Positions 62,390 to 64,000 of a stretch of 64,000 nucleotides of DNA are shown here, in pieces (within the stretch, counting starts at the first letter, position 1; the number at the start of each line of letters is the position of its first letter). Origin of the DNA: Phyllobates terribilis (lineage: Eukaryota). The DNA lies in the NCBI RefSeq assembly GCF_046119375.1, contig NW_027362771.1, forward strand, positions 431,334,001 through 431,398,000. Reading direction: 5' to 3'. The notes under the pieces are model-generated. The model made no database searches, was not told where the DNA came from, and saw only the letters and a program-made list of their open reading frames with translations. Position numbers and translations under genes: made by a program.

Positions 62390-64000
62390 CTTTTCGCCTT
62401 CCTGACCAGGCCAAATTTTACAATTCTGACTTGTTATGACAAGTCAGAATTGTAATAACTCTGGTAATGGGGTAATTAGGTAATAACGCTTCAAACGATC
62501 CCAGTGATTCTCAGACTCTTTTTTTATGTGACACATTGTACTTCATGGTAGTGGTAAACTTAGGTTGATATTTTTTTGCATTTATTTTTGAAAATATCAG
62601 AATTTTGGCAAACATTTTCAAAATGTTGCCACTTTTATGCCCTTAAACCAGATATTTATAATCACACATAATAGTTAATAAATAACATTTACCACATGTC
62701 TACTTTACATCAGTGTCATTTTGAAACATAATTTTTTTTTGCTAGGAAGTTAGAAGGGTTAAATGTTTATCAGCAATTTTTCATTTTTCCAATCAAAATT
62801 TGCAACACTAATTCTTTTAGGGACCACATCCCTTTTGAAGTGACTGTGAAGGGCCTATTTGACAGAAAATACCCATAAGTGAAAACATTTTAAGACCTTC
62901 ACCCCCCAAAGTGCTCAAAACCACATTCAATAAGTTTATTAACCCTTCAGGTGCTTCACAGGAATTAAACCAATGTGGAAGAAAAAGATGAAAATTGTAC
63001 TTTTTTCCCACAAAAATGTTGCTTTAGCCCCAATTTTGGCATTTTCACAAGGGTAACAGGAGAAAATGGACCATACATTATTGTGCAATTTCTCCTGAGT
63101 ACACTGATACCACATATGTGATGGAAAACTACTGTTTGGGCGCACGGCAGGGCTCGGAGAGGAAGGAGCTCGATTTGACTTTTGGAGTGCAAAATTGTCT
63201 GGAAAAGATAGAGGACACGATGTCGTGTTTGAAGAGCCCCTGATGTTCCTAAAAAGTGGAAACCCCCACAAGTGACTCCATTTTGGAAACTACACCCCTC
63301 AAGTAATTTATTTAGAGCTGTGGTTATCACCTTGAACCCACAGATGCTTCACAGAATTTTATAACATTGAGGTGTGAAAATGAAAAAATACCTTGTTACC
63401 ATAAAAATGTTGTTTTAGCACAAGTTTCTTTTTTCACAAGGGTAACAGGAGAAAATGGACCTCACAATTTGTTGTGCACTTTCTCCTGAGTACAACGATA
63501 CCCCATATGTGGTGGAAAACTACTGTTTGGGCGCATGGCAGGGATCGTAAGGGAAGGAGCGCCAATTGACAGCAGCCTTCAAGGAACTTATCTAGAAGTG
63601 TGGTGAGCACCTTAAATCCACAGGGGCTTCACAGAATTTTATAATATTGAGCTGTGAAAATGAAAAAATACATTTTCCCCACAAAAATGTTGCTTCATCT
63701 TCAAATATTTCATTTTCACAAGGGTAACAGAGGAAAATGGATCATACAATTTGTTGTGCAATTTCTCCTGAGTACAGTGATACCCTATATGTGGCATAAA
63801 ACAGGGCTCTGAAGCGCCAATTGAATTCTGGAGCACAATTTAGGCTGGAATAGATTGTGGATGGCATGTCACACTTGAAGAGCACCTGACATGCCAAAAC
63901 AGCGGAACACCCTACAAGTGACCCCATTTTGGAAACTACACCTCTTGAGGAATTTATCTAGGGGTGTAGTGAATATTTGTAAGCCTCAGGAGATTCACAG
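62390..64000. mobile_element. Large AT-rich non-autonomous DNA element (family related to 32300-33345), runs off the window
   Basis: Reverse-oriented modules AAGGGTAACAGGAGAAAATGGA..CAATTTCTCCTGAGTAC..GACCCCATTTTGGAAACTACAC repeated about three times. Confidence 0.7.

Noticed and set aside
50800-64000. WDR76 (human neighbour of MFAP1)
   Set aside because: No WD40-like exon recognised in any frame.

Overview
This is eukaryotic, vertebrate DNA. The TE content (CR1, DIRS, Harbinger, hAT, T2/TTAA MITEs, Tc1, Helitron-type MITEs, a tRNA-derived SINE) suggests a frog, probably neobatrachian; that is inference. Three intact spliced genes can be assembled by hand with GT-AG junctions in consistent phase. 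HYPK is on + (4 exons, 1721-12330, 121 aa). MFAP1 is on - (9 exons, 45225-34315, 441 aa). RPL37A is on + (4 exons, 45419-50723, 92 aa). MFAP1 and RPL37A are head-to-head with only 193 bp between start codons. Most of the rest is transposon-derived. It includes a near-full-length CR1 in HYPK intron 3, a 5.6-kb 45-bp satellite with higher-order structure, and a DD41D (rosa/Visitor-type) Tc1/mariner remnant with a nested CR1. There is also a complete 5.56-kb DIRS1-like tyrosine-recombinase retrotransposon with ITRs and an ICR, two Tc1 remnants, an L1 3' fragment and many MITEs. The best second-look items are a probable spliceosomal intron in the DIRS gag gene, the RPL37A placement next to MFAP1, degenerate Penelope-type hammerhead ribozyme motifs, the DD41D element and the satellite architecture. 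No rRNA, tRNA gene or CRISPR array is supported. Family names and human comparisons come from recalled motifs, not from database searches.
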